Below are positions 50,179 to 59,580 of a stretch of 64,000 nt of DNA, piece by piece. The translations under genes and the position numbers were made by a program. Origin of the DNA: an uncultured Verrucomicrobiota bacterium (GTDB lineage Bacteria; Verrucomicrobiota; Kiritimatiellia; CAIVKH01); assembly GCA_964470065.1 (NCBI GenBank), contig CAYYAR010000016.1, positions 5,080 to 69,079 on the forward strand, in the 5' to 3' direction. The notes under the pieces were generated by a model, which ran no database searches, was not told the origin of the DNA, and was given only the letters and a program-made list of their open reading frames with translations. Positions within the stretch are counted from its first letter, which is position 1, and each line of letters opens with the position of its first letter.

Positions 50179-50262
50179 ATGCAAACCTGATCCCGGCTTG
50201 ATTCTGTTTGTCTCTACGCCGTCAAACTCATACGATATAGTGCAGTTTCAACAGGATTACGC

Positions 50263-51537
50263 ATGAATGAGATCATTGGTATCGTCGGATTAGGCTATGT
50301 GGGCATGCCCCTCGCCGCAGCGCTCGCGGAGACGTACAAGGTTATCGGCTTTGACATCAGCAAGCGGCGCATCGAAGAATTGAAGGCCGGCAAAGATCAT
50401 ACCGGCGAAACATCCGCCGGGGAATTGGCGAATCCCAATCTTTCCTTTACCGACGATGTAAAAGGCTTGTCTGAAGCCACCTTTATCATCGTGGCCGTGC
50501 CCACCCCGGTGACCGAGTCGCTCCAGCCGGATGTGGAACCCCTCCGCTCGAGCTCCGAATTGGTTGGCTCGATCCTCAAAAAAGGCATGCTGGTCTCCTA
50601 CGAAAGCACGGTCTATCCGGGCCTGACCGAGGAATTTTGCCTGCCGATTCTGGAAAAAGTTTCCGGCCTCCAACTCGGCGAATTTGATCTCGCCTATTCG
50701 CCGGAACGCGTCAACCCCGGCGACAAGCATCACACGGTACGGACGGTGGTAAAAATTGTCAGCGGACATAACGCGCAAGCCCTCGAGCGCGCCGCTACGG
50801 TCTACAGCAAAGCCACCAGGGCGGGCGTGCACCGGGCCACCAGTATCAAAACCGCCGAGGCCGCCAAGGTCATTGAGAACGTCCAGCGGGACCTCAACAT
50901 CGCGCTGATGAACGAACTATCGAAAATTTTCCGTCTTGTCGGCATTCATACCGATGAAGTGCTCGCCGCCGCCGGCACAAAGTGGAATTTTCACAAATAT
51001 CATCCCGGACTCGTGGGCGGGCATTGCATCGGCGTGGACCCCTACTATCTCACCCATCGCGCCATCGCTCTCGGATATCATCCCGAGGTCATTCTTGCCG
51101 GCCGCCGCATTAACGACAGCATGGGGCAACATGTCGGCGAACTGGTAATCCGCGCGCTGAACAATGCGGACCGGTTGCCACGCAAGGCCAGGATTCTCGT
51201 GTTGGGACTCACTTTCAAAGAAAATGTCCCGGATTTCCGCAACACCAAGGCGATCGACGTGGTGCGCTTCCTGGAGAATTACGGCACCGACGTATCGGTC
51301 TACGAGCCGATGGTCAGCGCAGCGTCACTTGAGAAGAAATTCAACGTGAAAACAATGGAGCTCGACAAGGCCGAGCAACTTGACGCCGTCGTGCTCATCA
51401 ACGGGCACGATGTATTTCGCTCCATCAAGCTGGAAGATTTGAAGAAGCGCATGCGTACCCCCATTCTCGTCGACATCAAGAACTTCTTTGATCGCGAGAA
51501 GGCCATCGCCCTCGGCTTCCACTACTCCACGCTGTAG
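50263..51537 (+). CDS. Nucleotide-sugar 6-dehydrogenase (UDP-GlcNAc/GalNAc dehydrogenase-like, TviB/WbpO type)
   Basis: Rossmann IVGLGYVGMPLA and catalytic Cys context GGHCIGVDPYY. The length and C-terminal UDP-binding domain also fit. Confidence 0.85.
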   Translation: MNEIIGIVGLGYVGMPLAAALAETYKVIGFDISKRRIEELKAGKDHTGETSAGELANPNLSFTDDVKGLSEATFIIVAVPTPVTESLQPDVEPLRSSSELVGSILKKGMLVSYESTVYPGLTEEFCLPILEKVSGLQLGEFDLAYSPERVNPGDKHHTVRTVVKIVSGHNAQALERAATVYSKATRAGVHRATSIKTAEAAKVIENVQRDLNIALMNELSKIFRLVGIHTDEVLAAAGTKWNFHKYHPGLVGGHCIGVDPYYLTHRAIALGYHPEVILAGRRINDSMGQHVGELVIRALNNADRLPRKARILVLGLTFKENVPDFRNTKAIDVVRFLENYGTDVSVYEPMVSAASLEKKFNVKTMELDKAEQLDAVVLINGHDVFRSIKLEDLKKRMRTPILVDIKNFFDREKAIALGFHYSTL

Positions 51538-51549
51538 TCGACCGGAAAC

Positions 51550-52299
51550 TTACTCGGCTGCCACCGGCTCTTCATCATCCTCTTCCTCGTCGAGGATGTG
51601 CTCGGTTTTGAGCAGGAACGGCGAGACGAAGGCGTAGTACAAACCGAGCAGACAGAAGGCAAGAGCCGACATCGGAGCGTACGCGGGAACGAAGAGAAGT
51701 ACCGTCATGAAAGCGCCCAGGATGAACACCACCGGGTTCTTCACCGGTTTGCCATAACGCACACGTGACACTTGCAGAAACACCATCGCCGCGGACACGC
51801 CCCAGATCACAAACGCGGTCCAGCCGGAGGTGAGCGTGAATGCATCAAGATACCCGCCTTCGCCTGAAGAACTCAGCATCACAATCATTGCCACCCATCC
51901 CGCATTCACGGTGATCGGCAAACCCAGATACCCATGTTGACCGCGGAAGGGATCGACAATCCGGAAGCGGGAAAGCCGGATGGCACCCGAAAAGAGCGTC
52001 AATACCACGAGAATCAGCGCCCATATTCCCGACGCGGGCACAATCATATGAAATAAAATCATCGCCGGCGCAATACCGTAGCCGGTCATGTCGACAAACG
52101 TATCCAACTCCGCGCCCAGCTTCGAGGTGCCGCGCAACAACCGGGCCATGATCCCGTCGAGCCCGTCGAGAATCAGGACCAACATGATCAGTTGCGCGGC
52201 CAGATAGAAATGGCCTTTGGCGGCAAACACCAGACAGAAAAACGAGGCCAGCAAGGCCCCCAACGTGATCAGATTAGGAAGTACTTTGCGCCACGTCAT
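51550..52299 (-). CDS. pssA: CDP-diacylglycerol--serine O-phosphatidyltransferase
   Basis: CDP-alcohol phosphatidyltransferase motif DGLDGIMARLLRGTSKLGAELDTFVD. Located 5 nt downstream of psd. Confidence 0.85.
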   Translation of the reverse strand: MTWRKVLPNLITLGALLASFFCLVFAAKGHFYLAAQLIMLVLILDGLDGIMARLLRGTSKLGAELDTFVDMTGYGIAPAMILFHMIVPASGIWALILVVLTLFSGAIRLSRFRIVDPFRGQHGYLGLPITVNAGWVAMIVMLSSSGEGGYLDAFTLTSGWTAFVIWGVSAAMVFLQVSRVRYGKPVKNPVVFILGAFMTVLLFVPAYAPMSALAFCLLGLYYAFVSPFLLKTEHILDEEEDDEEPVAAE

Positions 52300-52304
52300 G
52301 ATCG

Positions 52305-52961
52305 TTATCCTTTCACGATGCGGGCAATCACGGTTAAGCCCGCATAAACCCGGTCGCCGGACTTGACCAACGGCTCGACATTTCCGGCTGGCAGATAAAT
52401 ATCAAGTCGCGAGCCAAATTTCATAATCCCGAGGCGATCACCTCGACCGACTTGTTGGCTCATCTCCAGCCAGTATTGCACGCGGCGAACCAGAGGGCCG
52501 ACGATTTGCCGGACCATGCAGACAATCTTTTCGCCCTGGATGATGATCGTGCTGTGCTCATTCACTTCGGATGATTTGGGATTCCGCGTGAGAATGTGTT
52601 GCCCGGGCGTGTAATCCAGTTTGGTTACCTTGCCGGCCATCGGCACCCGGTTCACATGAACATCCCAAGGCGTCAGATAAACACTGATCCTCAGCGTGTC
52701 CGCATGCAAGTGACGCGTTTCCGTAATGCGCTCGACCGAACGAACCCACCCATCCGCGCCCGAGACAATGATATCGGCATCCGTGGGCGAAATTCTTTCC
52801 GGATCACGGAAAAAATAGACCATAAATGCGGTCAGCAATATTCCCGCTACCAGCAACAGCAGAGCCGCGGCCATGTAGCCTTGGTAAAACGCAAAACCAC
52901 CCAAGCCGGTAACCAGCAAACCAACAAAAATATGTGACCAACCACCGCGAGCAATTTTCAC
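52305..52961 (-). CDS. psd: Phosphatidylserine decarboxylase proenzyme (short/archaetidylserine-type)
   Basis: TM N-terminus, then FFRDPER... and the self-cleavage context MKFGSRLDIYLP. I set the start to GTG at 52961, preceded by GGAGGA 4 nt upstream. The 81 further track codons overlap the upstream exonuclease gene. Confidence 0.8.
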   Translation of the reverse strand: MKIARGGWSHIFVGLLVTGLGGFAFYQGYMAAALLLLVAGILLTAFMVYFFRDPERISPTDADIIVSGADGWVRSVERITETRHLHADTLRISVYLTPWDVHVNRVPMAGKVTKLDYTPGQHILTRNPKSSEVNEHSTIIIQGEKIVCMVRQIVGPLVRRVQYWLEMSQQVGRGDRLGIMKFGSRLDIYLPAGNVEPLVKSGDRVYAGLTVIARIVKG

Positions 52962-53046
52962 TCCATCCTCCAAATCTTGATTCCAACCATACAGTATACG
53001 GATACGGCCACATGCGGCAAATTTAATCCGTGGCCGCGGAATATGC

Positions 53047-53661
53047 TTACTTCCTTCGCCTGACCGATGCCGCACGGGACAACTCGGACACCGTAAGCCC
53101 CGACCAACCGGGCCGACGCATGAGGTGACAAAGCAAAAGCGCGCAGGCCATCGCATCATACAGCGCATCATGGGCTTCGCGATGAGGAACCAAACGGCGG
53201 ACATGACCGGTCAATCCCGCCACCTCCACCACCGTCTGCAAGTCATAACCGGATAGTCCCGGATAAGCCAACCGGGCCAGCTTGAGCGTGTCAATCCATG
53301 GTCCGATCCGGTGCAGGGGCCAAGCCTTGCGGAAAAACTTTTTCTCCGTGGCGGTGTTGTGGGCCACGAGCGGGACACCTCCGATCAGACTCCTCAACTG
53401 TGGCCAAAGATCCGTCAAGCCGGGTGCAACGGCAAGTTGTCCGCGCACCGCCCGCCACGATCCCGGGGCAAATGGATTGAATGGACGATCCTCCGGGATA
53501 TGCAGGTATGTCTCGTACACCCCGTCGGCCGTAACTTCACCGAGCCGGATCGGCACCAAGCCGAGTTGCCAAGGCTGATCGCCATAACCCGGCACATGAC
53601 CGGTGGATTCGAAGTCCACTGCCACGAGTTGCACTTCGCGGGCCGGACGAATATCACTCAC
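53047..53661 (-). CDS. DnaQ-like 3'-5' exonuclease (DEDDh)
   Basis: Exo I VAVDFESTG, Exo II LVAHNTATEKKF, Exo III HDALYDAMA. GTG start overlapping the hisS stop (GTGA). Confidence 0.75.
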   Translation of the reverse strand: MSDIRPAREVQLVAVDFESTGHVPGYGDQPWQLGLVPIRLGEVTADGVYETYLHIPEDRPFNPFAPGSWRAVRGQLAVAPGLTDLWPQLRSLIGGVPLVAHNTATEKKFFRKAWPLHRIGPWIDTLKLARLAYPGLSGYDLQTVVEVAGLTGHVRRLVPHREAHDALYDAMACALLLCHLMRRPGWSGLTVSELSRAASVRRRK

Positions 53662-54920
53662 GATGCGGGTGCGACAGGCCGGAGTTTTTCCATCAATTCA
53701 ACCATGTCGACCTCCCGCTGCTCGCCGCTCACCATATCCTTGAGCTGAAACGTCCCCTTCTCGTGCTCGTTTGAACCGTGAAGGATCGACCAGCGCGCAC
53801 CGGCCCGGCTGGCCGCACGCATCTGAGCCTTGAGACTGCGGCCGCCGAGATCCATTTGGGCGGCGATGCCGCGCATGCGCAGGGTTTGCACCAGTTGAAG
53901 ATGAATATCGATCAAGGCCGGGTCAACACTGACCAACCATACGAGCGGTATGCGCGGCATCGATTGATCGACCGGCTCGGAGGCGCGCGCCATGATCACC
54001 CGCTCCATGCCCATGGCAAAACCCACACCCGGAAGCTCACGGTTGCCCATGGTAATGGCATACCGGCCGCCCGCACCGATCGCATCCTGCGCGCCCAAGC
54101 CGGGGTGGGAAATTTCCCACACGGTGTGCTGGTAGTAATCCAATCCGCGCACCAGCGTAGGCTCGAGCTCGACCTCCAGTTCCAGTCGTCCGACAATCCG
54201 CAACACATCGTCAAGGTATGTCCGCGCGCCGGCCGACATGAACTCCGTCATCGGCGGCAGGCCACCGACCACGGAGCGGCAACCCGGATTCTTGCAATCC
54301 AGCACTCGCAACACATTCGCATCCAGACGACGACGACAATCCTCGCACAACGCATCGCGATGACGCACGAGTTGCTCTTGCATCGCCACCTGCACCGCCA
54401 CGCGATCCTCCGCGGTTCCCCGCGTGTTCACCTTGATCTTAAACCGGCTCAACCCCCAAGCCCGCAGCAAATGTACTTGCAAGGCAATCATCTCCGCATC
54501 GGCATGGGCATTCGGTTCGCCCACAGCTTCGGCTCCGAATTGATGAAATTGCCGCTTGCGCCCGGCTTGGGGTCGCTCACGCCGGAACATCGGGCCTACA
54601 TAATACACGCGCGCCGAGGCGGCATCCTGACCGAGTCCGGCAAGGTAGCGGATGATGCCGGCCGTGCCTTCGGGTCGCAACACGAGCTCCCGTCCACCCG
54701 CATCTTCAAACTGGTACATCTCCTTTTGCACCACGTCGGTGGTGGTGCCGAGCGATCGCTCGAAGACGGAACGACGTTCGACGACAGGGGTACGGACCTC
54801 GGAAAATCCATAGAGATGGAGCACGTTCCGGGCGCGGGACTCCAGATGCTGCCAGATCGAGATCTCCGGTTCGGCCAGATCGGACATGCCCTGGATGGGC
54901 TGAAATTCCTCGGCGGGCAT
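53658..54920 (-). CDS. hisS: Histidine--tRNA ligase
   Basis: Class II HisRS motifs: MFRRERPQAGRKRQFHQFG, LRPEGTAG and GAGGRY, plus a C-terminal anticodon-binding domain. Confidence 0.95.
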   Translation of the reverse strand: MPAEEFQPIQGMSDLAEPEISIWQHLESRARNVLHLYGFSEVRTPVVERRSVFERSLGTTTDVVQKEMYQFEDAGGRELVLRPEGTAGIIRYLAGLGQDAASARVYYVGPMFRRERPQAGRKRQFHQFGAEAVGEPNAHADAEMIALQVHLLRAWGLSRFKIKVNTRGTAEDRVAVQVAMQEQLVRHRDALCEDCRRRLDANVLRVLDCKNPGCRSVVGGLPPMTEFMSAGARTYLDDVLRIVGRLELEVELEPTLVRGLDYYQHTVWEISHPGLGAQDAIGAGGRYAITMGNRELPGVGFAMGMERVIMARASEPVDQSMPRIPLVWLVSVDPALIDIHLQLVQTLRMRGIAAQMDLGGRSLKAQMRAASRAGARWSILHGSNEHEKGTFQLKDMVSGEQREVDMVELMEKLRPVAPAS

Positions 54921-54924
54921 TCGG

Positions 54925-55239
54925 TCAGGCGGGTCCGCCGGGAGGCGCCGCTTCGGGCGGCCGGTCCGTGATCAATTGCTTCATGATCTTGCCCGGCTTG
55001 AACTTGACCACTTTACGCTCGGGGATATTCACCACTTGCACCGGTTTGTTCGGATTGCGACCGATCCGCTGCTTCCGCTTGCGCACCTCAAACACGCCGA
55101 AATTGCGGAACTCCACCGTTTCTCCCTTCGTGAGGCTGTCGACAATGTAATCGAGCGTTTTCTGTATAACCGCATAGACGTCCTGTTGAATCAGTCCGGT
55201 CTCTTCCGATATACGAATAACGAGATCTCGCTTTGTCAT
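54925..55239 (-). CDS. HU/IHF family DNA-binding protein
   Basis: MTKRDLVIRISEETGL...VEFRNFGVFEVRKRKQRIGRNPNKP...V.FKPGK is the canonical HU/IHF fold with a GRNP beta-arm. Confidence 0.85.
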   Translation of the reverse strand: MTKRDLVIRISEETGLIQQDVYAVIQKTLDYIVDSLTKGETVEFRNFGVFEVRKRKQRIGRNPNKPVQVVNIPERKVVKFKPGKIMKQLITDRPPEAAPPGGPA

Positions 55240-55349
55240 GGCTACCCCCCCGAAACGGCCGGTTTGGATGTGCGGTCTAGAGAACGCTCACATCCTATAA
55301 GATTCGATCCTGCGGTCAAGGCCGGATGAAAATTAATTTCCCTTCCTCA

Positions 55350-55610
55350 CTAACGCACAATCCGGTGAATAATGCCGCAGACCAGCGCGCCAATTCCCGA
55401 CAAAAACGTCAGCGCGCGATTGAATGTATAAAAGCTATCGCCGGGGTAATCCGGATGATCGCGAAGAACATTAGACACGAGAGCCTGCAATCCGATTTCC
55501 GACCAATAGCCGGCCCAACCATCCCGTATCGCCCAGAACGTCAGCAAGGACAACCCCACCGACCACCATAGAAACTCGCGGGTTCCCTTTACATCGAATT
55601 TTCGCGGCAT
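55350..55610 (-). CDS. Small membrane protein (86 aa, 3 predicted TM)
   Basis: Strong SD GGAGGA 5 nt upstream of the ATG. Located 12 nt downstream of the proS stop on the same strand. Has hydrophobic helices. Confidence 0.6.
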   Translation of the reverse strand: MPRKFDVKGTREFLWWSVGLSLLTFWAIRDGWAGYWSEIGLQALVSNVLRDHPDYPGDSFYTFNRALTFLSGIGALVCGIIHRIVR

Positions 55611-55622
55611 GGATTCCTCCGA

Positions 55623-57350
55623 TTAATGAGCCGGTTCCAGCGCGGCCCGCAGGGCGTGCACACGCTCCAGAATTTTCGCAAGGGCGACGTCCACCGGCAC
55701 GCCGGCCATTTCGCCGGTTTGACGATCCTTGATTTCCACCTCGCCTTTGGCCAGCGAACGCTCGCCGACACTCACGCGCAACGGTGTGCCAATCAAGTCG
55801 ACATCCTTGAACTTCACGCCCGGACGTTCATCACGGTCATCATACAACACATCCACGCCGGCCGCGGTCAATCCCGCCACCAGCTTTTCCGCCAACTCCG
55901 CGCTCGGGGCATGCGCGGCATTGATCGCCATGACCGTGACTTCGTAGGGCGCGATGGAGATCGGCCAGATGATGCCGTTCGCATCATGGCGTTGCTCAAT
56001 CACCGACTGCAGCGTCCGGGTAACTCCGATGCCGTAACATCCCATCACCATGATATGCTGGTTGCCTTGCGCATCAAGATACTGGGCGCCCAGCTTTTCG
56101 CTGTACTTGGTGCCCAACTTGAATACATGACCGACCTCAATACCGCGCGCCTCCTTCAAAGCGCCTTGGCAGCGCGGGCATCCATCACCGCCCCGCGCAA
56201 TCACCACATCCTCGTAACGCGCCGCTGGCGCATCGCGATCAAGGCTGATCTGTTTGAAATGCTGATCCACTTCATTCGCCCCCGAAATCATGCCGCGGCA
56301 ACCACGCAATCCGCTATCGGCAATCACCGGAATCGTCAGGCCGACCGGTCCGGCAAAACCCACCGGCGCCCCGGTCACCCGCTCAATCACCTCCGGCGCG
56401 GCCAGCTCGGCATCCTGACCGATCAGCTTGCGCAATTTGATTTCGTTGACCTCGCGGTGTCCCGCCACCATCACCGCTACCGGCTTCCCGTCCGCCACAT
56501 AGATCAGTGTTTTGATGAATTGCTCCGGCCCGGCCTTGAGAAAACCCGACACTTCCTCGATGGTGCGCTGACCCGGCGTGTGCACTTTTTCCGGCGCGCC
56601 ATCCGCCGGCTCGAACACGTTTTTACCCGCAAACCGGCCCTCGGCCTGCTCGAGGTTGGCCGCATACGCGCAGCTGTCGCACTCCACCAATCCGTCCTCA
56701 CCTGCATCCGCCAGCACCATGAACTCATGCGAGGACTTGCCGCCCATCGCCCCGGTATCCGCTTCCACGACTTTCGTGCGCAAACCGCAACGCTGGAAAA
56801 TCCGCACATACGCATCGTACATGCTCTTGTAGCTGACATCGGCTTCATCCCAACCCGTGTCAAAACTGTAGGCATCCTTCATGATGAACTCCTTCGCGCG
56901 CATCAGGCCGAAGCGCGGACGGATTTCGTCCCGGAACTTGGTTTGTATCTGATAGAAATTGCGGGGAAGATGACGGTAGGAATTGATCTCGCCGGCGGCC
57001 AGCCCGGTCACGACCTCTTCATGTGTCGGCCCCAGCACCATCGGCCGGTCCTGCCGGTCCTTCATTTTGAACATCACATGGCGCAGCACTTCGAACCGGC
57101 CCGAGGCCTCCCAGATTTCCTGCGGCTGCAGCGCCGGCATGAGAATTTCCAGCGCGCCGGCCCGGTCCATTTCCTGGCGGACGATCCGTTCGACCTTGCG
57201 CAAGGCCCGCAGTCCCAGCGGCAGAAAAGTGTAAAGACCGCCGCTCAACTTGCGGATCAGGCCCGCTCGCAGCATCAATTGATGACTCGGAATTTCAGCT
57301 TCCTGCGGAACTTCCCGCAAGGTTGGAATAAATTGTTGGGTCCAGCGCAC
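55623..57350 (-). CDS. proS: Proline--tRNA ligase (bacterial type with INS editing domain)
   Basis: QQFIPTLREVPQEAEIPSHQLMLRAGLIRKL N-terminus. Start set to GTG at 57350 (VRWTQQF) with a GAGG SD 5 nt upstream. The track extension is Arg-rich and not conserved-looking. Confidence 0.9.
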   Translation of the reverse strand: MRWTQQFIPTLREVPQEAEIPSHQLMLRAGLIRKLSGGLYTFLPLGLRALRKVERIVRQEMDRAGALEILMPALQPQEIWEASGRFEVLRHVMFKMKDRQDRPMVLGPTHEEVVTGLAAGEINSYRHLPRNFYQIQTKFRDEIRPRFGLMRAKEFIMKDAYSFDTGWDEADVSYKSMYDAYVRIFQRCGLRTKVVEADTGAMGGKSSHEFMVLADAGEDGLVECDSCAYAANLEQAEGRFAGKNVFEPADGAPEKVHTPGQRTIEEVSGFLKAGPEQFIKTLIYVADGKPVAVMVAGHREVNEIKLRKLIGQDAELAAPEVIERVTGAPVGFAGPVGLTIPVIADSGLRGCRGMISGANEVDQHFKQISLDRDAPAARYEDVVIARGGDGCPRCQGALKEARGIEVGHVFKLGTKYSEKLGAQYLDAQGNQHIMVMGCYGIGVTRTLQSVIEQRHDANGIIWPISIAPYEVTVMAINAAHAPSAELAEKLVAGLTAAGVDVLYDDRDERPGVKFKDVDLIGTPLRVSVGERSLAKGEVEIKDRQTGEMAGVPVDVALAKILERVHALRAALEPAH

Positions 57351-57526
57351 AAGTACCTCGTAATGTAGTGGGCCAAGTTGTAGCGAATTTACCGCCCAGC
57401 GCAAGATTATGTAGCAATCCGGCGGCACGGCGTTCCTGTGGACGGTAACCCCGCGGATCAATCTTCTTGATCTCGCGACCCGGTTCATGCGTATCATCAA
57501 ACTCCATTTCACCCCCGGGAGAAGCG

Positions 57527-57955
57527 ATGAAAGACAACCAGATCAAGCGAAAGATTTATTTGTGCGGACCGATCATGGATGAACACGAAGGTGCCGCCCG
57601 GGCGTGGCGCGAGAAGGCCGTCGAGTTGCTGCGCGAGCACTTCACACTGCTCGATCCGATGCGGCGTAACTTCAAGGATCGCGAGGTCGACAGCGCCAAC
57701 GAAATCGTGGAGTTTGATCTTCAGGACATCCGCGATGCCGACATTATTCTGGTGAACTACAGCAAGAACTCGATCGGCACGTCCATGGAGGTCTTTTACG
57801 CCTCCCACGAACTCAAGAAATTCGTGGTGGCCTTCTCCCCGTTCACCTTCAAGGATTGCAGCCCGTGGATGGTGCGGTTTTGCACCAAGATTCTGCCGGA
57901 CCTGGAAAAGGCATGCCGGTACATCACCGAGCACTTCATCGAAAAACGAATGTAG
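57527..57955 (+). CDS. Nucleoside 2-deoxyribosyltransferase-like protein
   Basis: KIYLCGPI..., DLQDIRDADIILVN and GTSMEVFYA resemble the NDT/Rcl flavodoxin-like fold with a catalytic Glu. GGGAGAA SD upstream of ATG at 57527. Confidence 0.55.
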   Translation: MKDNQIKRKIYLCGPIMDEHEGAARAWREKAVELLREHFTLLDPMRRNFKDREVDSANEIVEFDLQDIRDADIILVNYSKNSIGTSMEVFYASHELKKFVVAFSPFTFKDCSPWMVRFCTKILPDLEKACRYITEHFIEKRM

Positions 57956-58011
57956 TATCGGACGCGGTCTCCCGTATGCGCCCGGAAGAGTCGCGCTTAA
58001 TGCGATGGAAA

Positions 58012-58041
58012 TAAAAAACCGGCGCTGGTGATCGCGCCGGT
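58012..58041 (-). terminator. Rho-independent terminator of the small basic protein gene
   Basis: Minus-strand RNA ACCGGCGC-gaucacca-GCGCCGGU followed by UUUUUU, 27 nt after the stop. Confidence 0.8.
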
Positions 58042-58068
58042 GGCAATCGGAACTTCAGATTGTTCGGA

Positions 58069-58224
58069 TTATACTTCAGGCTTGGTTTTGGGGATACCCA
58101 ACGCCCGGTCGCCCGCTTTCCACTTGCCATTCTTGATCAGCTGGTTGATGCGCTCATAGCGCTTGAGCACATTGCGGCGAACAGCGATTTTGGCGGACGA
58201 TTTAAAACTGGAATGCATACTCAT
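58069..58224 (-). CDS. Small basic protein (51 aa; resembles the PVC-group small basic protein family as I recall it)
   Basis: Below the ORF-track cutoff. Manual translation gives MSMHSSFKSSAKIAVRRNVLKRYERINQLIKNGKWKAGDRALGIPKTKPEV. AGGAG SD 9 nt upstream, its own terminator, and a TTGACA-17-CACTAT promoter at 58278..58250. Confidence 0.65.
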   Translation of the reverse strand: MSMHSSFKSSAKIAVRRNVLKRYERINQLIKNGKWKAGDRALGIPKTKPEV

Positions 58225-58305
58225 GGTCTATTCTCCTAGCAGGGGCGGGATAGTGAGCAAACAGGGTGATTTTGTCAATCCATTTGGCCGACCGGCAATT
58301 TTTGC

Positions 58306-58902
58306 CTAATCCGCCCACCACACCGTGGCTTCGGCCAAACCGCGGACTCGCCCGGCATGATGGATCGAAGCCACCAGGTTTTCCCGCAGCTCGCTCCAGA
58401 CGCGTGGCGTCCCGGCCCGACCCTCCACCATGATCGCCCCGGCGCCGGCCGCTCGCCAGTCGCCCACCCAGCCGGCCAGACGCCGGAAGACCGGCATCCA
58501 CATCAAGGTTAAATCCTCACGCGGACGCATCGCCACCTTTTTTAAATTCACACGCACGTAGCACCCGCCGCGAAAAACCTCCGAGGCAATCAGTCGTACC
58601 AGATGGCGGCGGTGCGCCTCGTACAAGGCCGCGGGATCAGCAGAGGCGCGGAGCGCTTGGATGAAACGGGAACTGCCGGATCCTGTATCCGGCGCGTCGC
58701 CGCGAAACCCGGAACGCTCGATCAGAAAAAGCAAATAATCGTCATCAAGCTGATCGGTGCCATGCCGGGCCCGGCAGAAAGTGGCAATCGCGCCGCCGAT
58801 GTCGTCCGCATATTCCGGATGCACGCCGGCGCGGCGAACCAACCGCGCAAGGGGCGACGGCGCCATCGTCGTGACCGTGACATGATCATCCGGCCACCAC
58901 AT
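58306..58902 (-). CDS. Hypothetical protein translationally coupled to nrdR
   Basis: 198-aa ORF whose ATG (58902) lies 1 nt after the nrdR TGA (58906..58904). Trp/Arg-rich, with no motif I recognise. Confidence 0.55.
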   Translation of the reverse strand: MWWPDDHVTVTTMAPSPLARLVRRAGVHPEYADDIGGAIATFCRARHGTDQLDDDYLLFLIERSGFRGDAPDTGSGSSRFIQALRASADPAALYEAHRRHLVRLIASEVFRGGCYVRVNLKKVAMRPREDLTLMWMPVFRRLAGWVGDWRAAGAGAIMVEGRAGTPRVWSELRENLVASIHHAGRVRGLAEATVWWAD

Positions 58903-58903
58903 A

Positions 58904-59359
58904 TCATTCCCTGCCGATGAGCGATTCCACTTCGCTGAGAAACTGATTCACATCCCGGAAGCGCCGGTACACGGAGGCAAAACGTACATACGCCACTTCA
59001 TCCAGCTCTTCGAGTTGGTTCATCACTTTTTGTCCGATGATCATGCTGGAAACTTCGCGCTCAAACTCGGCTTCCAATTGGCTCACGATAGTATCCACCA
59101 TCGCCTCGATCTGCTGGGCGCTGATCGGTCGCTTCTCACATGCACGCTCGATGCCGCCGAGAAGCTTGCGTCGATCCATATCCTCGTGCCGACCATCACG
59201 CTTGATGACCCGCAGACTGGCCTTGATCACCTCTTCGTAGGTGGTGTAACGATGACCGCATTGGAGGCATACCCGGCGACGCCGTATGACATCCCCGTTT
59301 CTGATCGACCGGCTGTCGATGACCTTGTCGTCCTGATGACTACATTTGGGGCATCTCAT
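58904..59359 (-). CDS. nrdR: Transcriptional repressor NrdR
   Basis: Zn-ribbon MRCPKC...CLQCGHRYTTYE followed by an ATP-cone. 151 aa. Confidence 0.95.
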   Translation of the reverse strand: MRCPKCSHQDDKVIDSRSIRNGDVIRRRRVCLQCGHRYTTYEEVIKASLRVIKRDGRHEDMDRRKLLGGIERACEKRPISAQQIEAMVDTIVSQLEAEFEREVSSMIIGQKVMNQLEELDEVAYVRFASVYRRFRDVNQFLSEVESLIGRE

Positions 59360-59494
59360 GGACTAAAATCCGCTCCGGTACCTACTACATATGGTTGCCA
59401 TGTTGACCCTCTAACCTATATCTCGTAGGGCTGTCAAGTTGCATCAAGAAAGTGTTTCCCCGGCGGAACGTCAACGAGTATGTCTATAAATAAC

Positions 59495-59580
59495 AAATGA
59501 CGGTCTTCGACTTGGAGCGTCTCAGACCGTCATTTGAAGTGATTCTCCTTACGGAGAATCATCCGTACGGTAATACGGAT
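59495..59580 (-). terminator. Three abutting stem-loops after the poly-Lys micro-ORF; the last is terminator-like
   Basis: Minus-strand order: ATCCGTA-N6-TACGGAT (59580..59561), then GATTCTCC-GTAA-GGAGAATC (59560..59541). Last is AAATGACGGTC-N19-GACCGTCATTT (59535..59495), followed by GTTATTTAT. Confidence 0.45.

Noticed and set aside
55626-57368. 580-aa plus-strand ORF opposite proS, and similar antisense ORFs at 53778..54971 (opposite hisS) and 34667..35956 (opposite the MFS gene). Others lie at 21662..23227 (opposite GH13), 2449..3639, 23441..24280 and 24941..25939
   Set aside because: The reason is the same in each case. The opposite strand encodes a clearly recognisable protein, and these frames are R/H/G/A-rich with no start-site signals.
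59360-59494. NrdR box upstream of nrdR (GAGATATAGG)
   Set aside because: It is only a weak partial resemblance to the 16-bp NrdR-box palindrome as I recall it, and no tandem second box is present.
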